In this document: in pieces, positions 24,821-34,600 of the stretch
How the letters are laid out: every line of letters starts with the position of its first letter
Position numbering within the stretch: position 1 is the stretch's first letter
From: an uncultured Verrucomicrobiota bacterium
GTDB lineage: Bacteria > Verrucomicrobiota > Kiritimatiellia > RFP12 > UBA1067
Assembly (NCBI GenBank): GCA_946610035.1
Contig: CAMOCC010000002.1
Coordinates: forward strand, 4,254 to 68,253
DNA: 64,000 bases
Direction: 5' to 3'
Made by a program: the position numbers and the translations under genes
Notes under the pieces: generated by a model
Databases searched by the model: none
The model's input: only the letters and a program-made list of their open reading frames with translations
What the model was told of the DNA's origin: nothing

Positions 24821-25893
24821 CCGCTACTGCGCTTCACAGGTCCATGGCCGCGGCGCTCGCCGCGTTCGCAGTGCTCCTCGCCGGGTGCTACCCCGCGAGA
24901 TGGACGACGGCATACAGCGACGTCAACCCGCTCTCCAGCGCCATGGGGGAGGATGCGATAATCGAGCAGTCCGCGAACGACTCGGAGGTCGAGGCCCGCA
25001 ACATTGAACGGCTCAGGCGGATCTCCGAGGAGGAGGACTCCGTCTACAGGATGAACGCCGGCGACCAGATAGAGATACGCGTCTACGGGCACGACGACCT
25101 CGGCACGATCACGAAGCTGGGTCCGGACGGCAAGATCGGCATCGTGTTCATGGGCGACGTGACCCTTGCCGGGCTCACCATCGCCGAGGCCGCGGACAGG
25201 ATCAAGACGGGCCTCTCCCCCTACATCAAGCACCCCGTGGTGAGCGTGAGCGTCCGCGAGGTGAGCAGCGAAAGGGCGACGATATCCGGGGCCTGCAAGA
25301 ATCCGGGCACGTACGACATCGCGAACGGGACGCGGCTTGCGGACTTCTACGCCATGGCGGGGAGCTCCGCGACGCACCTCATCCACGGCACGGACACCGA
25401 TGTCGCCGACCTCGACCACTCGATGTACATCAGGGACGGCGAGATGCTGCCCGTCGACTTCAACAAGGCGATATCGAAGGCCGACCCGCTCCACAACATA
25501 AAGGTCCACAAGGGCGACTACGTATTCATAGCCCAGAGGATGGAGTCGTCCATCACGATATGCGGCGAGGTCCCGAGACCACAGCGGCGCCTCTACGAGC
25601 CGGGGATGGGCATCGTCGAGCTGCTCACGGAGGCGGGGTGGATGCTTGACACCCACTGGAGCCACGTGATCGTCATACGCGACGGCTTCGTCAACCCGAA
25701 GATGTACAAAATCGACATCGACGGCATCCTCGCCGGACGCTGCCGCAACGTCCTGCTAAAGCCGGGCGACATACTCTACGTCCCGAAGGATACGCTCTCC
25801 GAGTACAACGTATTCGTGAAGAAGCTCATACCAACGGCCCAGCTCGTCAACCTCTCGCGCTCGTCGATATCGTCCAACACGATCGTCCAGTAG
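24817..25893 (+). CDS. Wza-like polysaccharide export lipoprotein
   Basis: I place the start at ATG 24817 (ATGA overlap). Lipobox LLAGC. Poly_export-like GDQIEIRVYGHDDL..GPDGKIGIVFMGDVTLAGLTIAEA. Confidence 0.75.
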   Translation: MTATALHRSMAAALAAFAVLLAGCYPARWTTAYSDVNPLSSAMGEDAIIEQSANDSEVEARNIERLRRISEEEDSVYRMNAGDQIEIRVYGHDDLGTITKLGPDGKIGIVFMGDVTLAGLTIAEAADRIKTGLSPYIKHPVVSVSVREVSSERATISGACKNPGTYDIANGTRLADFYAMAGSSATHLIHGTDTDVADLDHSMYIRDGEMLPVDFNKAISKADPLHNIKVHKGDYVFIAQRMESSITICGEVPRPQRRLYEPGMGIVELLTEAGWMLDTHWSHVIVIRDGFVNPKMYKIDIDGILAGRCRNVLLKPGDILYVPKDTLSEYNVFVKKLIPTAQLVNLSRSSISSNTIVQ

Positions 25894-25895
25894 AG

Positions 25896-27281
25896 ATGAA
25901 GTATATAGTGTTCCTGTTCGCGGCCCTTGGAGTGCCGCCGCTGGCGTACCTCCTGCATCTCAACAAGAGGTGGATGCGGTACGTCTTCTACGGGATGTTC
26001 GCGGCATTCACCTTCTACTCGGCCTTCAAGCTGAACTTCTTCTCCGAGGAGACGTACCGCGGTTCGTCGCGCGGCATGGAGGTCAGCGTCATCTACCTCT
26101 TCGCGCTCGCAGTCATCATCGCCTTTTCCCTGCGCCACAGGTTCTCCGGGTGGATCCCGGACGGTGGAGCCGTCCTGTACCTGCTGTACTTCCTCCTCTG
26201 CCTCCCGAGCTACGCAAACGCCGCGAACCCCCTGTACGCCTGGTTCGAGACCTGGAAGATGGTGATGATATACCTCGTCTTCGTCGCGGTCTACTCCTAC
26301 CTCAAGGCGACGGACGACGTGGACGCCCCGTTGAAGGGCTTCGCCTTCGTGGCCATATACAACTTCGGCTTGGTAGTGTACGAGCACATGCTCGGCACAT
26401 ACCAGCCGCACGGCATCTTCCCCCACCAGAACTCGATGGCGCTCGCCATGCACTTCCTGGGGACGCTCTTCTTCGCCCGGTACCTCGTCCGGGGATTCCA
26501 CGGACGAGGCTCGCTCCTCTACGCCTTCGCCATGGTGTGCGCAGGCGCGGCGCTCGTTAGAAGCTACTCGCGCGCGGCCATCGCCCTCGTCCCGGTTTCC
26601 TACGCCGTCGTTCTCGTGTGCCTCTGGCGCGGCGGGATCAGGCGAATGCTGCCCGCCAGGGTGGCGCCGCTGCTCATCGTCGGCATGATCGGACTCGGTG
26701 CGATCCTCCCGAGGATCGTCGAGCGCTTCGTCAAGGCGCCGGAGGCGTCCGCCAACACTCGCGTCGAGCTCGCCCGCTGCGCAAGGGAGATGATTAAGGA
26801 CAAGCCGTGGTTTGGCGTCGGCATCAACAACTGGGGCATAAAGATCAATCCGCCATACCCATACGCGGAACGCGCCGAGCGCAACACGAACCGACGTCCA
26901 GACGAGGATTTCAAGGACGGCATCGTGGAGACCGTCTACCTTCTCGTGGGCGCGGAGTGCGGACTGCCGGCGCTAGTCGCCATGATAGCGTGGTTCGGGT
27001 GGTATGCCTGGAGGTGCTTCCTCCTTCTGAAGAAGCTGAAGGGGACGCGCCACGTCTACATCCCTGCCGGGATGCTGGGCGGCTTCACGGCCGTCTACCT
27101 CCAGAGCTTCCTCGAATGGGTCCTACGGCAGCAGATGAACCTCATCCTCCTCATGTTCCTCTTCGCCATAATCGCGTATCTCGACAACAACTGGAGGAGG
27201 ATTCTCGCATACGACGAGAGGCTCCGCCTCAAGCGCATGGAGGCGCAGGCGGCGAAGGATGCGAAGGAGGCGAGGAAATGA
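25896..27281 (+). CDS. O-antigen ligase/polymerase (Wzy_C) family membrane protein
   Basis: About 10-12 TM helices and a central SYSRAAIALV-type loop. Position is next to the Wza and PCP genes. Confidence 0.65.
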   Translation: MKYIVFLFAALGVPPLAYLLHLNKRWMRYVFYGMFAAFTFYSAFKLNFFSEETYRGSSRGMEVSVIYLFALAVIIAFSLRHRFSGWIPDGGAVLYLLYFLLCLPSYANAANPLYAWFETWKMVMIYLVFVAVYSYLKATDDVDAPLKGFAFVAIYNFGLVVYEHMLGTYQPHGIFPHQNSMALAMHFLGTLFFARYLVRGFHGRGSLLYAFAMVCAGAALVRSYSRAAIALVPVSYAVVLVCLWRGGIRRMLPARVAPLLIVGMIGLGAILPRIVERFVKAPEASANTRVELARCAREMIKDKPWFGVGINNWGIKINPPYPYAERAERNTNRRPDEDFKDGIVETVYLLVGAECGLPALVAMIAWFGWYAWRCFLLLKKLKGTRHVYIPAGMLGGFTAVYLQSFLEWVLRQQMNLILLMFLFAIIAYLDNNWRRILAYDERLRLKRMEAQAAKDAKEARK

Positions 27282-29371
27282 GGGTGCTGATCGCGGCAAC
27301 GGCGGCGTTCCTGTGCGCCGGCGTCGACGGCGCGACGTTCGTCCGGCGGCTCGACCCGTGGACCGAGGTCAAGATGTCCGACTACACGGCCGAGGGCGTG
27401 GCGATTGAGAAGGAGGAGGGTGCCTTCAAGTTTCCCCACGGGCTCGCCGATCCTGTGAACGCGACGCCGCGCATCATGTACGTCGCATTCAGGACGAATG
27501 CGGCGGAGAGGTCCGCCTCGGCGGTGGAGACTCCGCTCATCAAGGTGAACCAGGTCGGCTACCTCTCCGCCCAGCCGAAGTTCGCGTTCCTCGGCGGCTG
27601 GCTCGGACCGAAGTACGGCGCATGGCGTCCGCACGGCGGCGTATCCTCATGGCGCATCGTCGACGCCTCCTCGAAATCGGCCGTCCTGGAGGGGACGCTC
27701 GCCGATCCGGAGCCGTTCGACTCGCTGACGGGCGAGTCCCCTTACGCGATTGACTTCTCGTCCGTCACGAACCCCGGCGTCTACCGCGTCGAGGTGCCCG
27801 GCGTCGGCATCAGCCGCGAGTTCAGGATCGCCGATTCCGCCGCCGAGGACGCCTTCCGCGTCCACATGCTCGGCCTCTACCACAAGCGGTGCGGCTGCGC
27901 GAAGGGGATGCCGTTTACGCACTGGACGTCCGGCGAGTGCCATACGGACGTCGTGCGCGGGCTCTTCCCGCCTGACGAGGGCGTCCTCACGCCCAAGGTG
28001 AGGATGTTCGAGATCGTCAAGTGCTCGACCGACTGGTCCGCCCCGACGCTCAAGCTCCCGGGCGGCTGGCACGACGCGGCGGACTTCGACCGCCGCCCCA
28101 TGCACCTGTCCATCGTGAACGACCTCGCCGCCGTCTACCTCATGAAGCCGGGGAACTTCAGGGACGGACAGCTCGCCATCCCCGAGAACGCCAACGGCGT
28201 CCCCGACATCCTCGACGAGGCGGCATGGGGCCTCAGGCACCTCCTCGCCGCGCAGGAGAGGGGCGGCGGCGTCGGCACGTGGATCGAGACCACGCGCCAC
28301 CCGGTCCCCGGCGAGGGTCCGACGTCCGAGCGCGGACTGCGCTACGCGCTTTCGCGCGCGACGAGGTCCAGCTCCATGGACTACGCCGCCCACGCCTCGC
28401 TCCTTGCGAGGTGCAGCCCCGGATTGAAGGACCGCTTCCTCGCCTCCGCCGTCGCCGCGTGGGACTTCGCAATGCGTCCGCGCACCGAGGACGACGTGTT
28501 CGAGGTGAGAAGACCGCGACGGCTTCTTCCGGACGAGAAGATCCACGTTTCGTGGAAGGGCGACCGCGAGGTGTCGGCCGCGTGGCTGCTGAAGGCGGCG
28601 CTCAACCTCCACGCCCTCACGGGCGATCCGAAGTACGTCGTCGAGGCGCGCAAGGCGTCGGACAGGTTCCGCAAGGAGGCTGCTAAGCAGGACTGGCATT
28701 GGACGCCGCTCCTCTTCTCCGGCGAACGGGCGGCTGGCGGCATACCGTCGGAGCTTAAGCCCGACGTCGACTGGTGGTTCAAGCGCGTCGTCTCCAAGGC
28801 CAACAAGGTTGTAGGCTCCGTTGCGAAGAACCAGTACCGCAACCCGACGTCCGGCGCGCCCTCTGCATGGGGCGTTTCGCATCCGCTCGTCCAGGCGCGC
28901 GCGCTCGTCGCGGCGCATGCGGCGACGGGGAAGGCGGAGTACCTCGAAGCCGCCTACGCCGCGCTCGACTTCCACAACGGCGTCAATCCGAACGGGACGA
29001 CGCTCACGAGCGGACTCGGCGTAGTCTATCCCACGAGTTTCCTGGACCTTCCGTCGTACACCGACGGCATAGCCGAATACGTCCCCGGCATAACGCCGTA
29101 CCGCTGGACCGGCCGGATTCCGCCAAAGGCCGTGGAACTTTGCTGGAAGGGCGATGCGAAGGCGGCCGAGGCGTGGCCTGCGTGGCGTCGCTACAACAAC
29201 TTCGAGAACCAGACCGTGGCCGCGAGCGAGTACACGGTCTGGGAGACGATAGCCCCCGCCGCGGCGGTGACCGGCTACCTGATCGTCCCGTCCGCATCCT
29301 CGCCGCTCCCGCCGCCGCGGGAGCCCTGCGGAAGTCTCTCCAGCCTGCCGGGCTACTGGAGCCTTCCATGA
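27278..29371 (+). CDS. glycoside hydrolase family 9-like enzyme with an N-terminal Ig-like (CelD_N-type) domain and signal peptide
   Basis: I place the start at ATG 27278 (ATGA overlap). IKVNQVGYLSAQPKFAF, GGWHDAADFDRR (DAGD-type motif), and a C-terminal SEYTVWETIAP (NE-type acid motif). Confidence 0.65.
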   Translation: MRVLIAATAAFLCAGVDGATFVRRLDPWTEVKMSDYTAEGVAIEKEEGAFKFPHGLADPVNATPRIMYVAFRTNAAERSASAVETPLIKVNQVGYLSAQPKFAFLGGWLGPKYGAWRPHGGVSSWRIVDASSKSAVLEGTLADPEPFDSLTGESPYAIDFSSVTNPGVYRVEVPGVGISREFRIADSAAEDAFRVHMLGLYHKRCGCAKGMPFTHWTSGECHTDVVRGLFPPDEGVLTPKVRMFEIVKCSTDWSAPTLKLPGGWHDAADFDRRPMHLSIVNDLAAVYLMKPGNFRDGQLAIPENANGVPDILDEAAWGLRHLLAAQERGGGVGTWIETTRHPVPGEGPTSERGLRYALSRATRSSSMDYAAHASLLARCSPGLKDRFLASAVAAWDFAMRPRTEDDVFEVRRPRRLLPDEKIHVSWKGDREVSAAWLLKAALNLHALTGDPKYVVEARKASDRFRKEAAKQDWHWTPLLFSGERAAGGIPSELKPDVDWWFKRVVSKANKVVGSVAKNQYRNPTSGAPSAWGVSHPLVQARALVAAHAATGKAEYLEAAYAALDFHNGVNPNGTTLTSGLGVVYPTSFLDLPSYTDGIAEYVPGITPYRWTGRIPPKAVELCWKGDAKAAEAWPAWRRYNNFENQTVAASEYTVWETIAPAAAVTGYLIVPSASSPLPPPREPCGSLSSLPGYWSLP

Positions 29372-29502
29372 CGCGCAGCATGGCGGAGGCGCTCCCCGCC
29401 TATCCGCCGAAGGGCGGCTACGCGCTTTGCATGAGATGCGCTTCAGCACTGTAAACACGGGCTGAAATCGTTCTTTTGCGTTTGGACTACCCGAACTGGT
29501 AA

Positions 29503-29531
29503 TTGCGCGGCGATGCGACGTTTGGTATAAT
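29503..29531 (+). promoter_or_regulatory. promoter TTGCGC-N17-TATAAT with TGG extension; ATG 29538 lies 6 nt after the -10
   Basis: TTGCGC at 29503-08 and TGGTATAAT at 29523-31. No SD can fit before the ATG. Confidence 0.55.
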
Positions 29532-29537
29532 TGCAGC

Positions 29538-31130
29538 ATGAAAAACATCAATAGAGTCCTTGTAGGCGCGTGCTTTGCCGCGGCGTCGCTCTGCGAAGCG
29601 GCGAATCCGTTTCTTCCGCTGTGGGAGTGCATCCCCGACGGCGAGCCGTATGTGTTCGACGATCCAGACGCTCCCGGAAAGAAGAGGGTCTACCTCTACG
29701 GCTCGCACGACGACATGGTAGGTACGTACTGCGGACGCGACCAGGTCGTGTGGTCCGCGAGCGTCGACGATCTGAACACGTGGCGCTTCGACGGCGTCAT
29801 ATTCCGCTCGCTTCTCGACGCGGAGGGGAAGCCCCTGAACAGGAACGGACTCGGTGACGTGCTCTACGCGCCCGACGTCGCCGAGGTCGTCGGGGCGGAC
29901 GGAAAGAAGACGTACTATCTCTACCCGAACACGCAGGCGGGAGGGCGCAACGGCATGGTCGCGAAGTCCGACCGCCCCGACGGGCCGTTCAGGGTCTGCA
30001 ACTGGGACAAGTCCGATCCCCGCAAGACGGTGGGCCCGTTCGGATTCGATCCTGCCGTTCTCGTGGATGACGACGGACGCGTATACGGGTACTGGGGCTT
30101 CAGGCAGTCCTTCGCCGCCGAGCTGGATCCCGAAACGATGGCGACGGTCAAGCCGGGTACCGAGATAGTGAAGGACATGGTGAGCGGCCTCGACCAGCCC
30201 GGGGTGTTCCGCTTTTTCGAGGCGTCGTCGATACGCAAGATGAAGGACAAGTATGTCTTCATCTACAGCCGCTGGTCCGATAAAGGCGAGTTCGGGCTGC
30301 ATGACACAAACTACACTCTCGCGTATGCGTACTCCGACAGGCCTCTCGGACCGTGGACGTACGGAGGAACGATCATCGACGGGCGTGCGAGAGAGGAGAC
30401 CGCTGACGGGCGCACCGTCGTAACTGCTTGCCCCGGTGGCAATACGCACGGAAGCATCTGCGAGATCAACGGAAAGTGGTGGGTCTTCTACCACCGCCAG
30501 AGCGGAACGGACGAGTTTTCGCGCCAGGCGATGGTCGCGCCGATCACGGTGGAGGTTGAGGAGGGGCCCGGCGGCATGGTGTCGATTTCAGAGGGAGAGT
30601 ACACCTCGGAAGGCTTCGAGACAGGCGGACTCGACCCGTTCGCACTCCACGCCGGCGGAATCGCCTGCCACTACACGGGTCCCGAACCTGCGGTGCAGTC
30701 CTATCCGAACGTCCGCTACTCGGGTCCGTACATGCAGACCCGCTTCTGCGACCGCTACGGAGAGAAGGATCCGTACAATCCCAAGGTCAACTTCGCCTCC
30801 GCAGTGCATGTCACGCCCGGTTCCGTTCTCGGTTACAAGTACTTCAACTTCGACAAGACTTCCGGCGCGAAGGGGCTGAAGCTCGTTCTTGGCATCGTTC
30901 CGCGCGGTACGGGCGGGAAGGTCGAGGTCTGGATCGGTCGTAGCTCCTTCGCCGGCAGGAAGGTCGGTGCGGCTGATGTGCCGCGCGACCTCGGCAATGG
31001 CAGGACCGAGCTCGTGGTCGACGTCCCGGCGCTTGCAGATGTCGCCGGGAAGCAGGGCCTTTTCCTTCGCTTCTCCGGCGAGGGAAAAGCGTCCGTCTGC
31101 GACGTTCAGGACCTCAGATTTGTGAAATAG
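29538..31130 (+). CDS. glycoside hydrolase family 43-like enzyme with signal peptide and a C-terminal beta-sandwich (CBM-like) domain
   Basis: ANPFLPLWECIPDGEPYVFDDP...RVYLYGSHD, YAPDV, FFEASSIRK.. fits the GH43 five-bladed propeller pattern. Confidence 0.72.
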   Translation: MKNINRVLVGACFAAASLCEAANPFLPLWECIPDGEPYVFDDPDAPGKKRVYLYGSHDDMVGTYCGRDQVVWSASVDDLNTWRFDGVIFRSLLDAEGKPLNRNGLGDVLYAPDVAEVVGADGKKTYYLYPNTQAGGRNGMVAKSDRPDGPFRVCNWDKSDPRKTVGPFGFDPAVLVDDDGRVYGYWGFRQSFAAELDPETMATVKPGTEIVKDMVSGLDQPGVFRFFEASSIRKMKDKYVFIYSRWSDKGEFGLHDTNYTLAYAYSDRPLGPWTYGGTIIDGRAREETADGRTVVTACPGGNTHGSICEINGKWWVFYHRQSGTDEFSRQAMVAPITVEVEEGPGGMVSISEGEYTSEGFETGGLDPFALHAGGIACHYTGPEPAVQSYPNVRYSGPYMQTRFCDRYGEKDPYNPKVNFASAVHVTPGSVLGYKYFNFDKTSGAKGLKLVLGIVPRGTGGKVEVWIGRSSFAGRKVGAADVPRDLGNGRTELVVDVPALADVAGKQGLFLRFSGEGKASVCDVQDLRFVK

Positions 31131-31224
31131 GGATTCTGGACAATGCACATTGCGCCGTGATTTGGGAAATGGTGGACTAATGCCATGAAGCGAGTTCCGG
31201 TGGCATCGACGATAAAGGAGATAG

Positions 31225-31530
31225 CCGGGCGCAACTGCCTCATCGGCGTGGTCCGTCCGGCGAAGCCCGCGCGTCTGGAGCGTCCTCGGGCGCATCGGCG
31301 TGGCGTGGATGATCGCGTCGTGGATATATCTTTGCTGCGGTGTCAGGACGCGAATCGCGATCGCCGTAGCGACGCTTGCGATTCCGTGTTGCCCGCGATT
31401 TCCTCTTTGGGGGCCTCGCCTCGCTCTTCCCCGAGGCGTGGGGAAATGTCGTTCTGCAGCTCGGCTATATCGCCGTATGCTGGCTCTTCCTCTACTTCCT
31501 CCACCGCAAAGGCGTCTATCTAAAGGTGTA
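31225..31530 (+). pseudogene. decayed remnant of an HGSNAT/DUF5009-type membrane acyltransferase gene (two frames, no start codon)
   Basis: Frame 1 reads WSVLGRIGVAWMIASWIYL. Frame 2 reads FLFGGLASLFPEAWGNVVLQLGYIAVCWLFLYFLHRKGVYLKV-stop. These resemble the VLQRIA core and the C-terminal tail of that family (recalled from memory). Total length is far too short for an intact gene. Confidence 0.35.
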
Positions 31531-31617
31531 GGAGCGAAGTGAAGGGCTTTGAGGCTCTTCAGCAGTCTGGCAACATGCGGGGAGCCGATGGCAATAGTAC
31601 GGATTGCATCTGGGGTC

Positions 31618-31647
31618 TTGACATCCCCGAGAGTAGTATGGTAAACT
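31618..31647 (+). promoter_or_regulatory. promoter TTGACA-N18-TAAACT with TGG extension, upstream of the giant exoprotein gene
   Basis: Consensus -35 TTGACA at 31618-23 and TGGTAAACT at 31639-47. Confidence 0.55.
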
Positions 31648-31665
31648 AATTGGCGTAAACTCAAA

Positions 31666-34600
31666 ATGGGGGGTACAATGAAGCTGAAAAAAGTTCTCGG
31701 GCGTCTGGCCGCGCGAAGTGTGCGAGCCGCCGCCTCTGTTGTTGCAGGTTCTGCAGTCGTCGCGCCTTTAGCGGCCTCCGCAGCAGTGGATTACACAGGT
31801 ACTGACTACGCGCCGTGGTCGTATTCGGCCGGCTGCGTAGTGTGGCGAGCTACGGAAGGGACGTTCCACACCAGTACGGTCGCGGATGTCGCTTCTGACG
31901 GTACGATCGGCACGGCGTATGCGATGACGGCGGACCAAACCGCCACGTCATGGCAGCGCTTCGCGTCAAACCAGACTGCATATTCCGCCCCCGGCATGGT
32001 TCTCGTCTATGACGAATCCGGCAAGACTGCCGCGTCAGACGCGCAGTTTTCGCCGATTTCCTTTGGTGGTCTGTGGGTAAAGGCGCTTGCTGACGAAACG
32101 ACCCCTTATTCCATCACAGGTTCAGGCACTCGCGTGACGGAACTGGGCGCAAGCGGGTCGTCCACATACTTCAAGTTCGACAAGTCCTTTACGATCAACC
32201 GCTCCAGCGAAACGCAGATAAAAAGCAGCGGGCAGGGGCAGTCCGTGACGTTTGACATCGCCGAGGGCGCTACGTTCACGAACACCTCCAGGCTGAACAT
32301 TGTCGGCGGCGCCACGCTGAAGCTTACGGGCAAGGGCACGTTGGCAGTTCCGGGCGGCCTTGACATCCAAGGCGGCAACCAGCCGACCGCGCTCAACCTT
32401 TCCAGCGACGATTGTCCTGTCATCGACGGCGACGTGACGGCCACGGGCACTGGCGCACTGTTCATTCTCCCTGCCGGGACTGCGTTTGACACCGATCTCG
32501 ACATCCAGGTCTGCACCGGCACGCTGACGGCCACCGCAGGGAAGGTCATGGTCATGATTGGCAGTGCTATTGACTCTAATGTTTATATAACAACGTCGGG
32601 CGGCAAGATTACGCGCCTGTCTAAGAACGGTGATTATTACGTAACAGTTTCGGATGATGCGCAGTGGGATACGGCATCTTGGTCGCCGTCTGTTCCTACA
32701 GGAGACCTTACAGGCAAGTTCATCGCCATAAACATCGCTTCCGGCAAGACGCTAACACTTCCCGCAAGCCTGCAGGGCGCGTGGGTCGATGTTTCCGGCG
32801 GCGGCAGTCTGGCAAACCCAGCGGGATCATCCGTTGTGCTTACCGACGTAACAATCAACGGTGCTATTTTAAACAGCGGTGCAATTACGACACATGGTAC
32901 GACGGCGCTTAATGGTGCGAACCAGTTGTTGAAGGGTAGCGGCCTGACTGTCGGTTCTGGCACGACGTCACTTGCGACGGCAGGGCAGGGACTTCATGGC
33001 AATGTCACAATAAACGCGACAGCTACGCTTGTTTCACAGACAATAGATGCTGTATGGTACAATGTCCCGACATCGGAGAAGTTCACGATAGAAGTGTATG
33101 GAACGCTTGACATGGGCAACTCGCGCTGGACAATCCCCAACAGCGCTCGCACGGAATTTGTTCTTCATGACGGCGCAAAGATCATTGCAAGCGGTTCAAA
33201 CAGCAACGGCTATGCGCTAGACTTCTTCCAGTCAACGGGCAAGATCATCGCCGATACAGACGGCGGCGACTCAATCACCATCAGTGCGCCGCTTCGCGTC
33301 CGCAACAATCTCAATGTCCAGGTGGCGGAAGGACAGACTGTCAATATCACCGGTGCGTTGATGCCGCACGGAACCGATTATAGGGAATTCAACAAGTCCG
33401 GAGACGGCACGCTCGTCCTTTCCGGTCCGCTTACATACATCGGCAAGACTTACGTCTATGGTGGAACGCTCATATTCGACAAGACCAACCCGGCGAAAGT
33501 CACGGACGTCATACTCCAAGGCGGCGATGTCGTAATCGTCGGCGGTACGGAAACGCCGCTCACGTTCTCCCCGACCGTGCAGGGTGGTACGGCAAAGATT
33601 GCATCCGGCGTTGTCCGCACGACTCCTGACAAGACTTTTGAGGTCTCTGAAGATGCACAGCTGCAGATCGTCGAGACTGTCGCGGCAGACGGCTCCGCCA
33701 CGGTTATCCTCGGTGCCGGTGCGACGGTCGCAGACAACGTCAAGCTCTATCGTGCGGATGGCACTGAAATAATGGATGCGAACGCTTCCGGAGATTCTGG
33801 CGAGGTGGTGCTCACGTATGCACCTTCTACCTCCGGAAAAATTTGCTGGCTCGATTTCGAGTTCAATGGCAATGTCAGCTCCTCCGGATCTACAGAGTAC
33901 AGCATGAACAATTCTGAGGTAGTCTATAATGATTCCGAGAACCCAACTGCGATATACACGAGAATAAACTCCGACCCGTGGACTTCTGAAAATATCGGCT
34001 ATCCTGCGGAGTGGTCTGCAGCGATCCGCTGCACTGTTCCTGAAAATAAAGATGAGCTCGTCGTTGCGTTTGGTACATTGGGCGGTGGACTTATCGGCCT
34101 TGCCAAGGGCGAGGGCTCGGGCGATGTAAACATCGTCTATACGACGGGCAATTCCGCCCGCGTTGTCGCGGCCACTGCCACTGTGGTAGCGCCTACCACG
34201 ATGATGCATGTGTATGTCTTCACGAAGACGGCGAGCGCCATTGAGGTATATTGCGATGGTAAACTAGTGAAAAGGCATCCCGTGAGCAATCTCTCGTTTG
34301 GCAACGCCTTCCAGGTCGGATCCGTATTTGGCGGTCTTGGCAATACCGGGCTAAATAAGGCCGTTGCCACTTCAAATGCGCAGATGGACTTCTTGCGCCT
34401 TTACTATTCGCCTATCGGCTCGAACATGATCAAGCAGCTCTCCAAGGAATATCCCTTCGAGTCTGGCGCAGCGGTCTATACGCGCACGGTCGCTGGCGAG
34501 GAAGCCTGGGTGGCCGAGAGCGCCTGGACGGCGGATGGCGAAACATTCGTCGCAGAGCCCGTCTCCACCGAAAAGGCGACGCTGACGGCGAGCGAAGATG

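Noticed and set aside
31185-31542. Short plus-strand ORFs (112 aa and 80 aa) in the GH43/giant-gene gap, as real small genes.
   Set aside because: They have no SD or promoter context and odd composition. They are better explained as frames crossing a decayed acyltransferase remnant.
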